From Octopus sinensis (Eukaryota), in assembly GCF_006345805.1 (NCBI RefSeq), contig NC_042997.1, positions 181,288,001-181,352,000 on the forward strand: a DNA stretch of 64,000 nt, written 5' to 3'. The translations under genes and the position numbers were made by a program. The notes beneath the pieces were generated by a model that had not been told where the DNA came from, made no database searches, and worked only from the letters and a program-made list of their open reading frames with translations. Below are positions 23,547 through 36,949 of the stretch, piece by piece. The first letter of the stretch is position 1; every line of letters begins with the position of its first letter.

Positions 23547-24901
23547 ATAAAATGTACTTCATAGCAATTAAGAGACACACAGGAAGAACCTTAACAGAAG
23601 CACCACCAAAGACAGAAACAATAGCAGCGAAGAAACAAACCATCTCAACTCATTCGTTCAATGGTAAACATAACGGGCAAATCTCCCTTAAATTAAACAC
23701 TTCAGTCTTTCTGAATGAGAGGTGCTTTTTGATACAACCTATTCTCTCAAAACAGAAAGAATACGTTGAATATCATGTCGGGGAAAATGACGGGTTGATC
23801 AAGACTGGAACGCTTTTGATCACAAGTCTGCTTAATCAGAATTGATCATGATCTAAAGAATACAACAATAACAACAACAACAACAAAAATTTTAAAAAAC
23901 GATATTTCACTTCGGGCAGTAACTATTTCAGTAATACGAAGCTAACTTATGACTTTAATACTGATAACATCTCTTCAGAAAAACAAAATCTCCATAAACA
24001 ACTTTAAATTGGAATAATTAGCATTACTGTTCATGGAAAAACCATCACGTCTAAAAAAACTCTATAACTGCCTGTTGTTGTTATTGTTGGTGCTGTTGTT
24101 GTTATCGTTGCTGTTACTGTTTTTTCTTGTTCTTGTTGTTGCTGCTGCTGTTGTTGTTATTTTCGTCGTCGTCGTCGACGTTGTTGTTGTTTAGCTTCGA
24201 ATCAGCTCTGATCACATACACATACGGTCAAAAACGTTCCAGCTATGATTTTCTCATCCTATTTTCACACTACAGTATCAAGCACGTCCTACTCCTTTTA
24301 GGATAGATTCAGCAGCTGTTTCGTTCAGATCGAGTGACAACGGGGAAGTCTCTTCTCTTTGGCTCATTAGGCTTCTTCTTTGATAGGCCTCACACACCAT
24401 AATGTCGTCGAAGCTGACTTAAGTGGCTAAAGGCAGGGATAAAAATGATTTCCCGAGAGAGCTTTAAGCAAAGGTAGATGAAAGTTTATATCATAAAGAA
24501 ATAGAAACGGACTACTGAACACCGTCGCCCACTACTTGAAATTTACAGACCTTGCCAACGTTCAGTGTTGTTATTTGTCGTTCAACATCACATAACTCTT
24601 ATTTTTCAGTTTCATCGTGAACAAACAATCTTCGTATTATTTGATATGGTCTAGTATCATTAACCGACTTGACTCCTTCTAAACGCTATCCTCACACGCT
24701 CATATGCACACACACACACACACACTAATACACACATACACCACATACATACACGCACACACTGATAAATGTCTGCAAATGTGCTTCATATCACTCTATT
24801 CCACCCATCCAACCCACACGCCTATTGCCTTGTTCCCACGAATCAAACTCTGATGTGCCGTATTTACAACAGCATTAAAAATTTTCTTCTTACCTATATG
24901 A

Positions 24902-25242
24902 GAGACCCCCCCTTCTGTCATGACACTGACCATGGGATTGCACCTAGAAAGTTACCCTCCCAGGCACAAGTCCGTGTAAGGTTGTTTATGGAAGACCAGC
25001 AGTCGCCCCATGCATACCGGCCTCTCCTCTCCACGCCACCAGTGTTACCCAAGGGAAAGGCAACGGCCGAAACAGCTTGGCACCTGTAACGTCGCAACTC
25101 ATTTCTACAGCTGAGTGAACTGGAGCAACGTAAAATAAAGTGTCTTGCTCAAGAACACAACACGCAGCCCGGTCTGGGATTCGAGCTCACAACTTCACGA
25201 TCGTAAGTTCGACGCTCTAACCACTGAGCCATGCGCCTTCAC
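24902..25242 (-). mobile_element. tRNA-derived SINE, family F (extra head fragment at ~25349-25419)
   Basis: Minus head GTGAAGGCGCATGGCTCAGTGGTTAGAGCGTCG...TCGAATCCC, then TGTTCTTGAGCAAGACAC. Second copy at 57581-57899. Confidence 0.85.
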
Positions 25243-26044
25243 CTAATAGACTAATAGGAAAAATACTAGACTTAAAATCAATGCTGGGGTCGATTTGATT
25301 GACTAAAAATCTCTTCAAGTTCGTTTCCTCGTCATGGCTGCTGCAGTTCGGTCCTGGATGCGAGCTCACAACCTCACGATCGTAAGCTCGCCGCACTAAC
25401 CACTGAGCCATGCGCCTTCTTAGCTATGCGATGTAAATTATATATCACTATCTATCACTATTTTCGTGTTGATATCATATCATTCTTTTGTGTCAATATT
25501 GCACACTCACACAGCCTCTCAGAAATCCAAATTCCTCCCTATTGCACCTACGCACACAACCTTTTTCACATACATAATTACTTACTCTCACTCACTCACA
25601 CTACAGATTCTCTCATTCTTTTTTCCTTTTTCCCCATATCTATATTAGCCGCTTGCATTACTCTGCCAAAATACTGTTATCACTCGCCTACTTTCTCTCT
25701 GCCTTTAGTCGTCATGTATTCCTTTTTCTATCCCTTTACCTTGAAAAAGGAAACACAGTTAGAAACGTCGATATCTTTTCCTGTTTTCGCAGCGTCGTAC
25801 ATTAACTGCACAGGTCCGTGTGTTGCTTTTATTGTTTGGGGTTGCGTTTTCCGTTCTCTTTTGACACACGTAATTGACTGTGGGATATACATTTACTGCG
25901 CTGACAAGAGACGAAACCCATAAAGGATTTCTTATAAAAAGCTTTGAAGCATTTAATTCGAACATCTATTGAGTTACATCGTCGCTCCTTGTAGCTATTA
26001 ACATATTACCAATAAATTGGTTGCAGAATATACTTCAAAATGTT

Positions 26045-26118
<74 letters not shown>

Positions 26119-26235
26119 TGGTGTTGTTGTTGTTGGTGGTGGTGTTGGTGCTGGTGGTGCTGGTGGTGGTGCTGAGGGTGCTGGTGATGGTGGTGATGGT
26201 GGTGTTGGTGGTGGCGGTGGTGATGCTGGTTGGAG
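26045..26235. repeat. (GTA)n followed by (GGT/GCT)n
   Basis: Direct reading. Confidence 0.9.
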
Positions 26236-26997
26236 TGTTTAAACCTGAGCCATCGCTGCTTGGGCAAATTTATGTAAAAAGCAACAAAAAAAAAAAACGC
26301 CCGGCCTTAACCATTCCGTCAATTTATTTGAGAAATATCTAGGAATGCATTTTCTAACGTATCTTCCCCTTTTTAACCATGCGATGTAATGGATAGTTGT
26401 ATGCTGTTTCTTGCCGGTCGAGTGACTTCAAAATACATCCTTTTACGCTTGGTGTGTAAGTTGTTGTTGTTGCTCTTGTGGTTGCTCCTATAGCAATCCC
26501 AATCGAGCAGATCCACTATCAAAAGCATTCTAACTATTACCATCACATTTTTTTAGATTATCTCAGACAACATCACTATACAATGTTTTCTATTCTAAAG
26601 ACAGTTTACGTAATTTGAGAAGAATTTGGTTGCTATTTCTACCAGTGATATGCCTTTTCAGTTCAAAACTGCTGCAGGTGTTTAGTTTTATATTTGAACA
26701 GAGAGCTAAATTTTATGCACTTCGTTATGTATTGAGTACATAGAATGGAGAATTTTATCTGAAAGACTGGTGTCCAATCCAGGAACAGATATATTTAGCA
26801 TTTGCTCAACTGCATGAAGCTAAAGCCAGGTGATCACACTCGGAACTTCTCAAGGCTTTGGAAGCAGTTATATGGGATACTGCTCACAGTATGGCTATGG
26901 GTTATTTTTGAATTGGTGTCGAAGAGTTCAATAGGTTGAAATGACGAGGTCAAATTCCGCTTCGGGCTAGTGGAGGGAAATGGATAGCAACAGCAGT

Positions 26998-27380
26998 GGA
27001 AGCGCAATGGCCCAATGGTTAGGGCAGCGGACTCGCAGTCGGAGGATCGCAGTTTCTATTCCCAGATCGAGCGTTGTGTGTGTTTATTGAGTGAAAACAC
27101 CTAAAGCTCCACGAGGCTCCGGCAGGGGTGGTGGTGACCCCTGTTGTACTCTTTCGCTCCAACTTTCCCTCACTCTTTCTTCCTGTTTCTTGTCCCCGAC
27201 TTCCTACGCAACCGCTGAGCCTGGATGCGCATTCATTCATCCGTCGGGGGTTGACCTGCTTCCTCTTCTGCGAGTCTTACGAATAGCAAAGGACCACGTT
27301 GCGGACTTCTCCCACTACAGGAGGCGCGATCTTGCGAGCTCTGGGATGAAGACCGCTTTGCTCAACAAACAAAAAAAAAA
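26998..27380 (+). mobile_element. tRNA-derived SINE, family E (near full length)
   Basis: tRNA-like head GGAAGCGCAATGGCCCAATGGTTAGGGCAGCGGACTCGC, body shared with 13103-13357, and an A-rich tail. Confidence 0.75.
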
Positions 27381-27889
27381 TAGCAACAGCAACAGAAAGC
27401 CCAGAGAAACGAGAGGGTTTCAGTATGCGAGAAATAGCAGCCAAGCTTTCCTCAAATTACAAACTATCGTCTTTTCTTTAAAAAAAAACACACACAGAGA
27501 AATCACATTGGATAAAGCGGTCTTCATAAATTGTGTCCATAGAATCAGACGCGAGAGTCACAGATGGAACGGACTTCTACACATTCATCTCGCTTGAGCT
27601 GAAGCTAAACGACAAGAACACAAATAAACCGTCCTGTTAGTGTGTCTCAGAAGATGAAATGCTGATTGTTATCATCATAATCATCATCATCATCCTCGTC
27701 GTCGTCATAGTTGTCGTAGTCACCATCATCATCAACATTATCAGCAGTAATAACAGCTCATGATCTGAAACCCGCCATAAGTAGCGCCTGCTGGTTCTTG
27801 TCGAATTTCTGGTAACAATCAATCATAATCCTGGTATGTAACGTACCACGCAAGAGGCTAGGTTAATCTTCTCTCTACTGCATATGTAT

Positions 27890-27950
27890 GTACATTGTGT
27901 ACATACATACATACATACATACATACATACATACATACATCCATCATACA

Positions 27951-27984
<34 letters not shown>

Positions 27985-28054
27985 CATACATACATACATA
28001 CATACATACATACATACATACATACATGTATACGTACATACATACATACATACA

Positions 28055-28086
<32 letters not shown>

Positions 28087-28160
28087 CATACATACATACA
28101 TACATACATACATACATACATACATACATACATACATACATACATACATACATACATACA

Positions 28161-28194
<34 letters not shown>

Positions 28195-28256
28195 CATACA
28201 TACATACATACATATACATTCATACATATACATACATACATACATACATACATACA

Positions 28257-28320
<64 letters not shown>

Positions 28321-28344
28321 CATTCATACATATACATTCATACA

Positions 28345-28378
<34 letters not shown>

Positions 28379-28438
28379 CATACATACATACATACATACA
28401 TATACATTCATACATACATACATACATACATACATACA

Positions 28439-28502
<64 letters not shown>

Positions 28503-28597
28503 CATTCATACATATACATTCATACATACATACATACATACATACATACATACATACATACATACATACATACATACATACATACATACATACATAC
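27890..28597. repeat. ~700-bp (CATA)n microsatellite
   Basis: Direct reading. Source of the YIHT/MYVC pseudo-ORFs. Confidence 0.95.
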
Positions 28598-29947
28598 AAG
28601 CAAAAATACATAGACCACTTCTACCTAAAACGAAAGCAAGGTGGCAGAAGCTAAATATCGATCCAAAATGCCTTTGAATATCGTATCATATCCCTTCGGC
28701 AACATCTTTTAACCACCAGGTATCAAAGGCTATCCTTTAACCAAATTTGGACACATGATGCTGATAACATCATAAAAAACTTGGAAGGCAGCTCCTTGAG
28801 CAATACTCTTTATCTAATAACCTAGAATACATGCCCAAAGAAGTCGTACGACTCTACTGCAACGTATCATCAGATGAAAGGATGAGTCTTTGTGAACAGA
28901 AGACTCTGCATGGATATGTTAGTAGAAATCTCCGAGATGATAGTAACTTGATCATAAAAGTAGTCTATCATGGACCAATAGCCGGATTACTGCCTCCCAC
29001 TTTAAAGGGTATGTGTTTGCAATCCAGGAACAAGAAATATCAACTAAGTACCTGATGCACAAAAAGGATAGAAATGCAAGAAAGCAGTAACATGTGACAA
29101 CCGAAGCAGACTTTGGGAAGTTAACACCGAAGATATCACCCACATCATAAGCAGTTGTCCGAAAATGTCATCATGGTTTTATCTACAAATGAGACATGAT
29201 GTTGCAGCTAGGACTGTCTATAATGAAATCCGTCGGAAGGATAACTCCGAGGACAAAGGAATAAGAAACTACAATATGGTAGAAGCCATAGCCACTCATA
29301 ATAAAAAGGAGTACTGGTAGAGTGTCCCAGTGAAAACTTCAATAAAATGTAAGCACAACAGGCCTGATATAATGATTTGGGATAGAGGCGAGAAACAGTG
29401 AAGAGTTGTGGAAATTAGCTACTCAGCGGACCTTAACATAAAGCTGAAGATCAGTGAAAGCGAGAATACCCACACTGAACCACTGAGAAATCTGTAGTTA
29501 CTCTATCCAGATAACAAGTTCACGTTTATACCTGTAAACATTGGGGCCTAAGATATGTAACACACTGCCTTCTCAAACCAGAAAGGAGACAGCTAATTCG
29601 AAGACTACAGATCCAATCCATCACTGGAACTGTAAAAGTCTGTAAAACTTTTCAGAAGTTTATCATTTAAATGTATCTGAGCATTTCTAGATATGCAACT
29701 ATATGCATGAGAATATATACAAATCTGCACCTTTCCAAACATACATACATACATATTTACGTACGTACGTACATACATACATACATACATACATACATAC
29801 ATACATACATACATACATACATACATACATACAAGAAAAATTACCTAGTTGTTGATATTGAAATTCCAATGAAAGAGCATTGGATCTAGGTTAGAAACCG
29901 GCTCTTTCTCTATTGGCAAGAAATCTTGAAATAAAACTGAACAACCA
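28598..29947 (+). mobile_element. 5'-truncated R4/Dong-like non-LTR retrotransposon (CCHC finger + restriction-like endonuclease), degenerate
   Basis: Translations KYIDHFYLKRKQGGR, SHFKGYVFAIQEQEISTKY, TEDITHIISSCPKM...RHDVAA, KCKHNRPDIMIWDR...VVEIS. Putative 3' UTR contains (CATA)n 29740-29832 and AATAAA at 29930-29935, followed by CATACAT. Confidence 0.75.
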
Positions 29948-30913
29948 CATACATGTATGCATGCATATGTAAATGCACACACACATACGCATATACAATA
30001 TGAAATATATACTATATGTAATATGAATATATCAATGTGTTTGTCTGTGTGTGTTTAAATGTATGTAGGTATATCTTTACAAGCAAATGTTCCTAATCTT
30101 TACACAATATCCCTTTAGCCAACTACAACTTTTCATATATTCTATTTGTTTTTATACTATCTCATTCCTTATTCCTATTAATCTTCCCACCCACCTTCTT
30201 CCCCCTCTTCCCACTCCTTTGTGACCGGATCTCTCCTTAACGACAGCTGTAAGAGATATCCGTAAGAAATATTTTGAGAAAAAGCAATATTTTGGACAGA
30301 TAAAAATGTTGCTTTGCTGTTTTATGATTCTATATTCTGCTATGTTAACATGACTGTGAGGAATATCAGGAGAGCAGGGAGGCAAGAAAAGATAAGCACC
30401 AAAAGAAGACGAAAGAATAGATTAGATTTTAGAAGAAACAATAAACAACAGGTGGTAGAGACTGTAAATCCAAAGTGGTTCTTCTCAGTTCTAAAACGAA
30501 TTCTACTGAAACTATAAGCATTGTTCACAGTATTTTTATTCGCTTAGCCGCTTCGTTCTTTCCTATATTTATTTTTCTTTTTTTTTTTTAAAAGTTTAAA
30601 TGGATGTTTTCAAAGTGTATATGGATAGATGCCAGCCCGGATGTTTTGTTAAGAAGTTTGCTTCGAAATCAGTGATTTCCGATTCAGTCCGACTGTACGA
30701 CTCCTCCAACCAGTTTTTTCAACTAAGGCACAAGGGTCGACTACTGCGCTCTGTGAATGAATTTGATAGACGGAAGCTGTGTAAAAATCCATGCATATGT
30801 GTGTGTGTGTGTATACACGACGGGCTTACACACACATCCATCCATCCATACATACATACATATATTTATTCATCTATCTACATATGTATGTATGTTTAGA
30901 CAGACAGACAGAC

Positions 30914-30992
<79 letters not shown>

Positions 30993-30993
<1 letters not shown>

Positions 30994-31192
30994 GTTTCTT
31001 TATTGGCCACACAGGGCTGCACACAGATGGGACAAGTTACAAGGTAGAGCTTTTCTTTTGGGGGATAAAAAAAAGGGGGTGGCGTAGGTTTTCGATCAAG
31101 AGGGATCGTAAAAGGGAAGAAAAGAACAAAAAAAAGTAAAAAAAGAAAAAAAAATAGAATAAAAAATAAAAAGAATAAAAGAAAAAAAAAGG
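30993..31192 (-). mobile_element. 3'-terminal 200 bp of the Tx1-like LINE, embedded in (GATA)n
   Basis: GTTTCTTTATT(G/A)GCCACACAGGGCTGCACACAGAT...ACAAGGTAGAGCTTTTCTTTT matches 54345-54480. GATA arrays on both sides (~30900-30992, 31193-31275). Confidence 0.85.
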
Positions 31193-31275
<83 letters not shown>

Positions 31276-31400
31276 GTGGTGACACTGAACAAACCGGGTG
31301 TTTTCACACCTTTTACCATAAGGAAGATATTTTCTCTAAGGTAAGCTACATTGTATTTGCCTTTTAGCAGTTGAAATATGTCACAGACATTTTAACTAAC

Positions 31401-31474
<74 letters not shown>

Positions 31475-31630
31475 TTAGTGTATATATATATATAATATAT
31501 ATATATATATTATATATATATATATATATAATATATATATATATAGGTTAGTATATATATATTATTAATAAATATATATATATATATATATATATTAATA
31601 AATATATATATACATATATATATACATATA

Positions 31631-31849
31631 TGTACGTACCTACCTCTACATGTATATATACACGCATATATCAGTACAGGACACCAAAAAATCCGTCGAA
31701 CACAATGAGAAACGAAAACATAGACACAAACCCAAGGAACTGGACATTTTTTTAAACAACAAAAAAATAGAGTACAGGACAATTAACACAAAGAAAAAAA
31801 AACCCTTCTTCAGTCGCCATGGTTTCATCTACTCAACGTTTCGAAGGTG
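31631..31849. repeat. Unclassified dispersed repeat, family C (copies at ~53614-53832 same strand, ~43861-44075 opposite strand)
   Basis: Three ~220-bp homologous copies, each abutting an (AT)n tract at the GTACGTACCTACC end. Confidence 0.8.
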
Positions 31850-32763
31850 AAATATACCTTTTTTTGTAAAATAAAAAAAGGCCAGTTTTATCACAGCTGA
31901 ATACTTGTGCGATGTACCTCCTCGACTGCGATGAGCTGACGGAATTCAGTCACGTAATCTTCAGCTGCCTTCATGTCAGAGCTCGCTGCTTCTCTATACC
32001 TGACAGCGCTATGAACACCAGTCCTCTTCTTGAAATTATCAAACCAACTGCGACTGGCCTTCAATGCGGCTGCTGATGTCTCCTCCATCGATGTTCCAGG
32101 GTTCTGCTTCAGGGGATCCCCATAGAGCGCTCGTGCTTTCTCGCAGATGATGGTCTCCGTAATCGTATCCCCAGCAAGTTACTTCTCGTTGATCCACAGG
32201 AGAAGCAATTTTCCCATCCTTTCGTGGGCAGATGTCCGTTGCTTAGAGAGCCCGGAATCACTTTTTGCTGATGTAACGGCCTTGATCTCGTCCTTTTTCT
32301 TCAGGATCGTGTGGATCGTCTACGTGCTTCGGTCATATTGACGTGCTATATATATATATATATCTTTCTCTATCTCTCTCATATTTATCAATGATTTCCT
32401 TCTTCAATTCTATCGTAATCAGCTTTTTCTTATTCTCAGCACTGTCCTTTGCACTTACATTCTTAGGACCCATGGCTAACACAACTAATTATTATACAAT
32501 AATAGCAAAAAATTCACAAAGCTAAACAAAAACACTGGAAAAAAAACACAAGGGGAATACTGCCACAGCGAGATAAACACGTGAACTGAGCGAGCTGAGT
32601 CTGCACTTGTTGGGAGAGCGTGTGCGAGGTCATGCGATCGCTTGCATGAAACTCGCTCGTACTGTGGAGTTCCGCCCGTACTTCAAAACAAAAATTCGAA
32701 TGAGCTTCGGCTCATACAGCAAATTATCGTACAATGATGCTCTCGTATTGCGAGGTTCTAATG
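31850..32763 (-). mobile_element. Tigger/pogo-like DNA transposon, 5' part (TIR, CENP-B-type HTH domains, start of DDE)
   Basis: Minus terminus TA|CATTAGAACCTCG. ATG at 32473: MGPKNVSAKDSAENKKKLITIELKKEII...LLLWINEK...ETIICEKARALY...KASRSWFDNFKKRTGVHS...FSCDKTGLF. Stops and a microsatellite-like frameshift are present. Confidence 0.85.
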
Positions 32764-33339
32764 TATGTATGTATGTATGTATGTATGTATGTATGTATGT
32801 ATGTATGTATGTATGTATGTATGTATGTATGTATGTATGTATGTATGTATGTATGCATGTGTGTGTGTATGTGTATGTATGTGTGTGTGTATGTATGTGT
32901 GTGTGTATGTATGTGTGTGTGTATGTATGTGTGTGTATGCATGTGTGTATGTATGTGTGTGTATGTATGTATGTATGTATGTGTGTGTGTATGTATGTAT
33001 GTACGTATGTATGTATGTATGTATGTGTGTATATATGTGTGTGTGTATGTATGTATGTATGTATGTATGTATGTATGTGTGTGTGTATGTGTGTGTATAT
33101 ATGTGTGTGTGTATGTATGTATGTGTATGTATGTGTGTGTATGTATGTGTGTATGCATGTGTGTATGTATGTGTGTGTGTATGTATGTATGTATGTATGT
33201 ATGTATGTATGTATGTATGTATGTGTGTATGTATGTGTGTGTATGTATGTATGTGTGTGTATGTATGTGTGTATGTATGTATGTGTGTATGTATGTGTGT
33301 GTGTATGTATGTGTGTATGTATATATGTATGTATGTATG
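32761..33339. repeat. (TATG/TGTG)n microsatellite
   Basis: Direct reading. Confidence 0.95.
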
Positions 33340-33717
33340 CGGGATGAAAATAAAAACCCGTCAAAGGGCGGAGAAACTCTTCAGAGTCAACGTCCATCCA
33401 ATAAATGTCTTAAGGCTGTATCATGCGCGGTTAAACCATTGGTAGTGAAGGACTCCCAGCTTTGTTAAGGCATCCATCTAGGAGAAGGTAACTCAGGTTT
33501 CTGGGATAACTCCGACATAAAACCTGCGGCTCAGTGGTTACCGATGATGTCGACTTGTTCTTCTTTTCGGATTATGGCTGCTGTTGCTTAGTGAGTGGGA
33601 TTGACTCAGTGCACAGCCTTTTCTCACTATAAAAAAAAATCTTCTTGCACAGGCATTGCACGATAACAACATTAACTTCGTGCAATAGCCATACTCGATA
33701 ACGAGGGGGCAGCCACC
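33340..33717. other. ~380-bp non-repetitive insert inside a (TATG)n array, probably a retroelement fragment
   Basis: TATG arrays on both sides. Contains CCATCTAGGAGAAGGTAACTC, reminiscent of RTE-type 5' UTR motifs, and a 9-bp-stem hairpin ATTGCACGA/TCGTGCAAT. Confidence 0.35.
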
Positions 33718-33811
33718 ATGTATGTATGTATGTATGTATGTATGTATGTATGTATGTATGTATGTATGTATGTATGCATGTATGTCTAAATCCACATCTG
33801 TGTATATATTA

Positions 33812-33960
33812 TGTGTGGTAAGAAGTTTACTTCCTGATCCATGGTTTCGGGTTCAGTCCCACTGTGTGGCACCTTGGACAAGTGTCTTCTACAATAGTCA
33901 CGAACCAACAAAAGCCTTGTGAGTAGATTTGGTAGACCGAAACTGAAAGAAGCTTGTCGT
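33812..33960 (+). mobile_element. Family-A SINE 5' half (degenerate)
   Basis: Head and body match, then (GT)n. Confidence 0.75.
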
Positions 33961-34473
33961 GTGTGTGTGTTTGTGCGTGTGTGTGAGTGTGTGGCTGTCT
34001 GTCTGTGTCTGTCTGTCTGACTGTGTGTATCTTATGTAATCTTATGTGTGTGTCTTATGTGTGTGATTGAGTATGAGGGAGATACGTAGTTACAACAGGG
34101 TGGTTAATAAATTCGCTTTACAAGTTATGAGATCCTGAGATTTGGTACAAACGCCTTTTGTGCTATCCTCAGAGTGACCCAAGCCTTGAAGGTAAAACGA
34201 AATTGACAGAAAGTGACTGCGTGAAGTCCGTCACATGAATTTATACCCGTACTTCAAAAGATAGAGTTTGGTGGCACCCACTGTGCCTTCCGGATATTGT
34301 CTGAATCTTGCTATTATCTATGGAATATGCAATCAGTTTGTACTGTAATTCAATGTGTGGGGCAGTTCAGTTGATTGAACTATTAATATAGTCATCGTCG
34401 AAACCGACAGAAATCCATCTACTATTGTTCGTATGTATCTGTGTGTGCGTGATTGTTTGTGTATTCATTTGTG

Positions 34474-34543
<70 letters not shown>

Positions 34544-34942
34544 CGTGTGTGTATTGACTTTTGTTTCAAAGTATACATTGATTCTGTGTGTGAGAAAAAA
34601 ACGGAAAGAAAGAAACAACCAAACAAACAGAGAATGAAAGAGAGGAAAAAGAGAGGGACAGAGAGAGAACCGGAGAAAGAAAGAAAGAGAGCGAGTGTGC
34701 ACAAGAAAAAGAGAGAGAGAGACTTGACCTTAGTGTAACATGACGCTTTACTGACTTCTTCGAGTTAAGTGAACGGAAAATTAAAGAGTAAAGCAAACGA
34801 AAAGAGACAACCACGAAGTAAATATCTTACACATTAAGCCAATAACACTACGGTAGTTAGTCACCCATCGACCCACCCTTACTCTACATTTGGAGTTTAT
34901 AGCCTGCAGTAATTTACTCTTCCTTTTATCCTTCCTGACTCG

Positions 34943-35077
34943 GGCGAAGGTAAAGAATACGCACACTCGGTGTTTAGGGTTGGGGCTAGGGTTAGTGCTT
35001 AGGGTTAGGGTTAGTGTTTAGGGTTAGGATTAGGGTTAAGCCGAAAACGGGTGGTGTGTGTATTCTTTACCTCCGCC
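34943..35077. mobile_element. 135-bp MITE with internal TTAGGG-like repeats, 24-bp TIRs and 8-bp TSD
   Basis: TIR 34943-34966 versus 35054-35077 is 22/24 identical. Flanks CTGACTCG / TTGACTCG. Core of degenerate (TTAGGG)n at ~34974-35039. Confidence 0.75.
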
Positions 35078-35097
35078 TTGACTCGATAGAATAGATA

Positions 35098-35514
35098 GGC
35101 GTAGGAGTGGCTGTGTGGTAAGTCGCTTGCTTACCAACCACATGGTTCCGGGTTCAGTGCCACTACGTTGCACCTTCAGCAAGTGTCTTCTACTATAGCC
35201 TCGGGCTGACCAAAGCCTTGTGAGTGGATTTCGTAGACGGAAACTGAAAGAAGCCCGTCGTATATATATATATATATAAGAATTTTTTGCGTAATGCTCT
35301 AATATCTATACAGCCTTGGTTTTTTTTATCTTATTACGCAAAAAATTCTTATATACACACGCTGATATACAACCAAGGTTGAACCCTTTATTCGCAATAT
35401 TACCGAATCTAGAACTTAACTATGGTCTGTCTATAGCACTTATTCAGCATTACCTGACACCTTTGGGTCTCAATGACGCCGTTATCTCTTTTATACACAC
35501 ACACACACACACAC

Positions 35515-35565
<51 letters not shown>

Positions 35566-35762
35566 CCTGTGTTTGTCCCCCCAACATCGCTTGACAACGG
35601 ATGCTAGTGTCTTTACGTCCCCGTAACTTAGCAGTTCAGCAAGAGAGACCGATAGAATAAGTACTAGGCTTACAAAGAATAAGTCCTGGGGTCGATTTGC
35701 TCGACTAAAGGCGGTGCTCCAGCACAGCCACAATCAAATGGCTGAAACAAATAAAAGAAAAA
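35098..35762 (+). mobile_element. Family-A SINE split in its microsatellite (5' half to ~35270, 3' half from ~35560)
   Basis: Collinear halves separated by ~230 bp of unrelated sequence plus (CA)/(AT) repeats. Confidence 0.7.
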
Positions 35763-36389
35763 AAAATCATTGGACTATACATTACATATCTACATAGTGT
35801 TATTGTGCAGGCATACTTCAACTTACGTCGGTAACTGGTTTCATGACAGGCGACTTAACTCGAAAAACGACGTAACATGCAAAAACATTTTAAAACTTTA
35901 TTAAGATTAGCTTTATATCTGTTTTAATAAATATTTTCAAATGTATTTTATTTGATGTTCCACTTAAATACTGGATTTTAGAAAGTTATTATTATTTTTA
36001 ATTTTTATGATATTCTGTACGCAGAAACTGACAAAATGTCGGATAAATCAACAGAAAGTTTATTTTTTCCATTATTTTTTTCCATTAATTTCTTTAAAAA
36101 ACAAACGACTAAAGTTTATTTGTTTTAGTCCCAAGCCAGCCCGAAATGAACAGTTCTCTTTATTTATTTATTCATTCATTCATTTATATATATATATACA
36201 CTCGTTTATTTATTTATTTTGCTTGTTTTATGTAGCGAATTGTATACGTTTAACGTTGTTGGGTTAAGGCTCTGACAAAACGATCGTTTGTTCATTGTGT
36301 TTCTTTCTGACAGTGACACTGACAAGAGATGTCATCGGTTTATCCATTTTGTTTCCAATCTTCACCGATATACATCAGCGAAAGACACG

Positions 36390-36444
<55 letters not shown>

Positions 36445-36949
36445 GCACGCAAGCACGCACGAACGCACGCACACGCACACACGACACGTAGACACGCACA
36501 CATACACACGTACGTGTGTAAGTTGGATTGTGCTACTTTCATAACAGTCTTTATTCAAGCGTGAAATTGTCCTTAATTATTTGAAATTATCTCTTTCTCA
36601 CACATGCTTGCTAATAGTTATCATTAGGTCTTTGTTTAGCTTCTCTATCGAAGAGGGTAACGAAAATTTTGATAACTTAAGAATTTATCCATTTGAAATA
36701 TTCCATTCCAAATCAAATTGTTTATTATATTCCTTCAAATTAATTTACTAAGTCCAGTATTGTTGTGCTTATTGATATGTCTAAATGTAGAGTAATGGTT
36801 AGATATTCTTTTGGACAACTGAGATGAAGAACTACCTATGTAAAAAAAATGACGCCAGAACCGGAAGTAATACTAATATTATTATCATTGCTCAAAGAAT
36901 GGTTGGTGTTAATAATATCAATGTTATTATTTTCATTAAGTGGATTTGT

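Noticed and set aside
23552-23845. 97-aa non-repetitive ORF (also 25426-25923 and 27091-27597)
   Set aside because: No recognisable domain or splice signals. 27091-27597 lies largely within a SINE.
25180-25242. tRNA-like sequences (heads at 3778, 25242, 26998, 57899, etc.) as tRNA genes
   Set aside because: No complete cloverleaf or acceptor stem. Each continues into a multicopy SINE body.
27823-28677. Long ORFs of 160-260 aa (YIHT / MYVC repeats; likewise 32607-33468, 41905-43214, 60581-61033)
   Set aside because: Pure translations of (CATA)n/(TATG)n/(GATA)n microsatellites, open in many frames, with no unique coding content.
31805-31849. Permuted hammerhead in family C (CCTTCGAAAC...CTGAAGAAGG on minus)
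   Set aside because: Core-like words are present, but I could not build stems I and III, and the third copy lacks the GAAA box.
34974-35039. Interstitial telomere as a chromosome-fusion scar
   Set aside because: Short, degenerate, single orientation, and enclosed by TIRs and a TSD. Better explained as MITE cargo.
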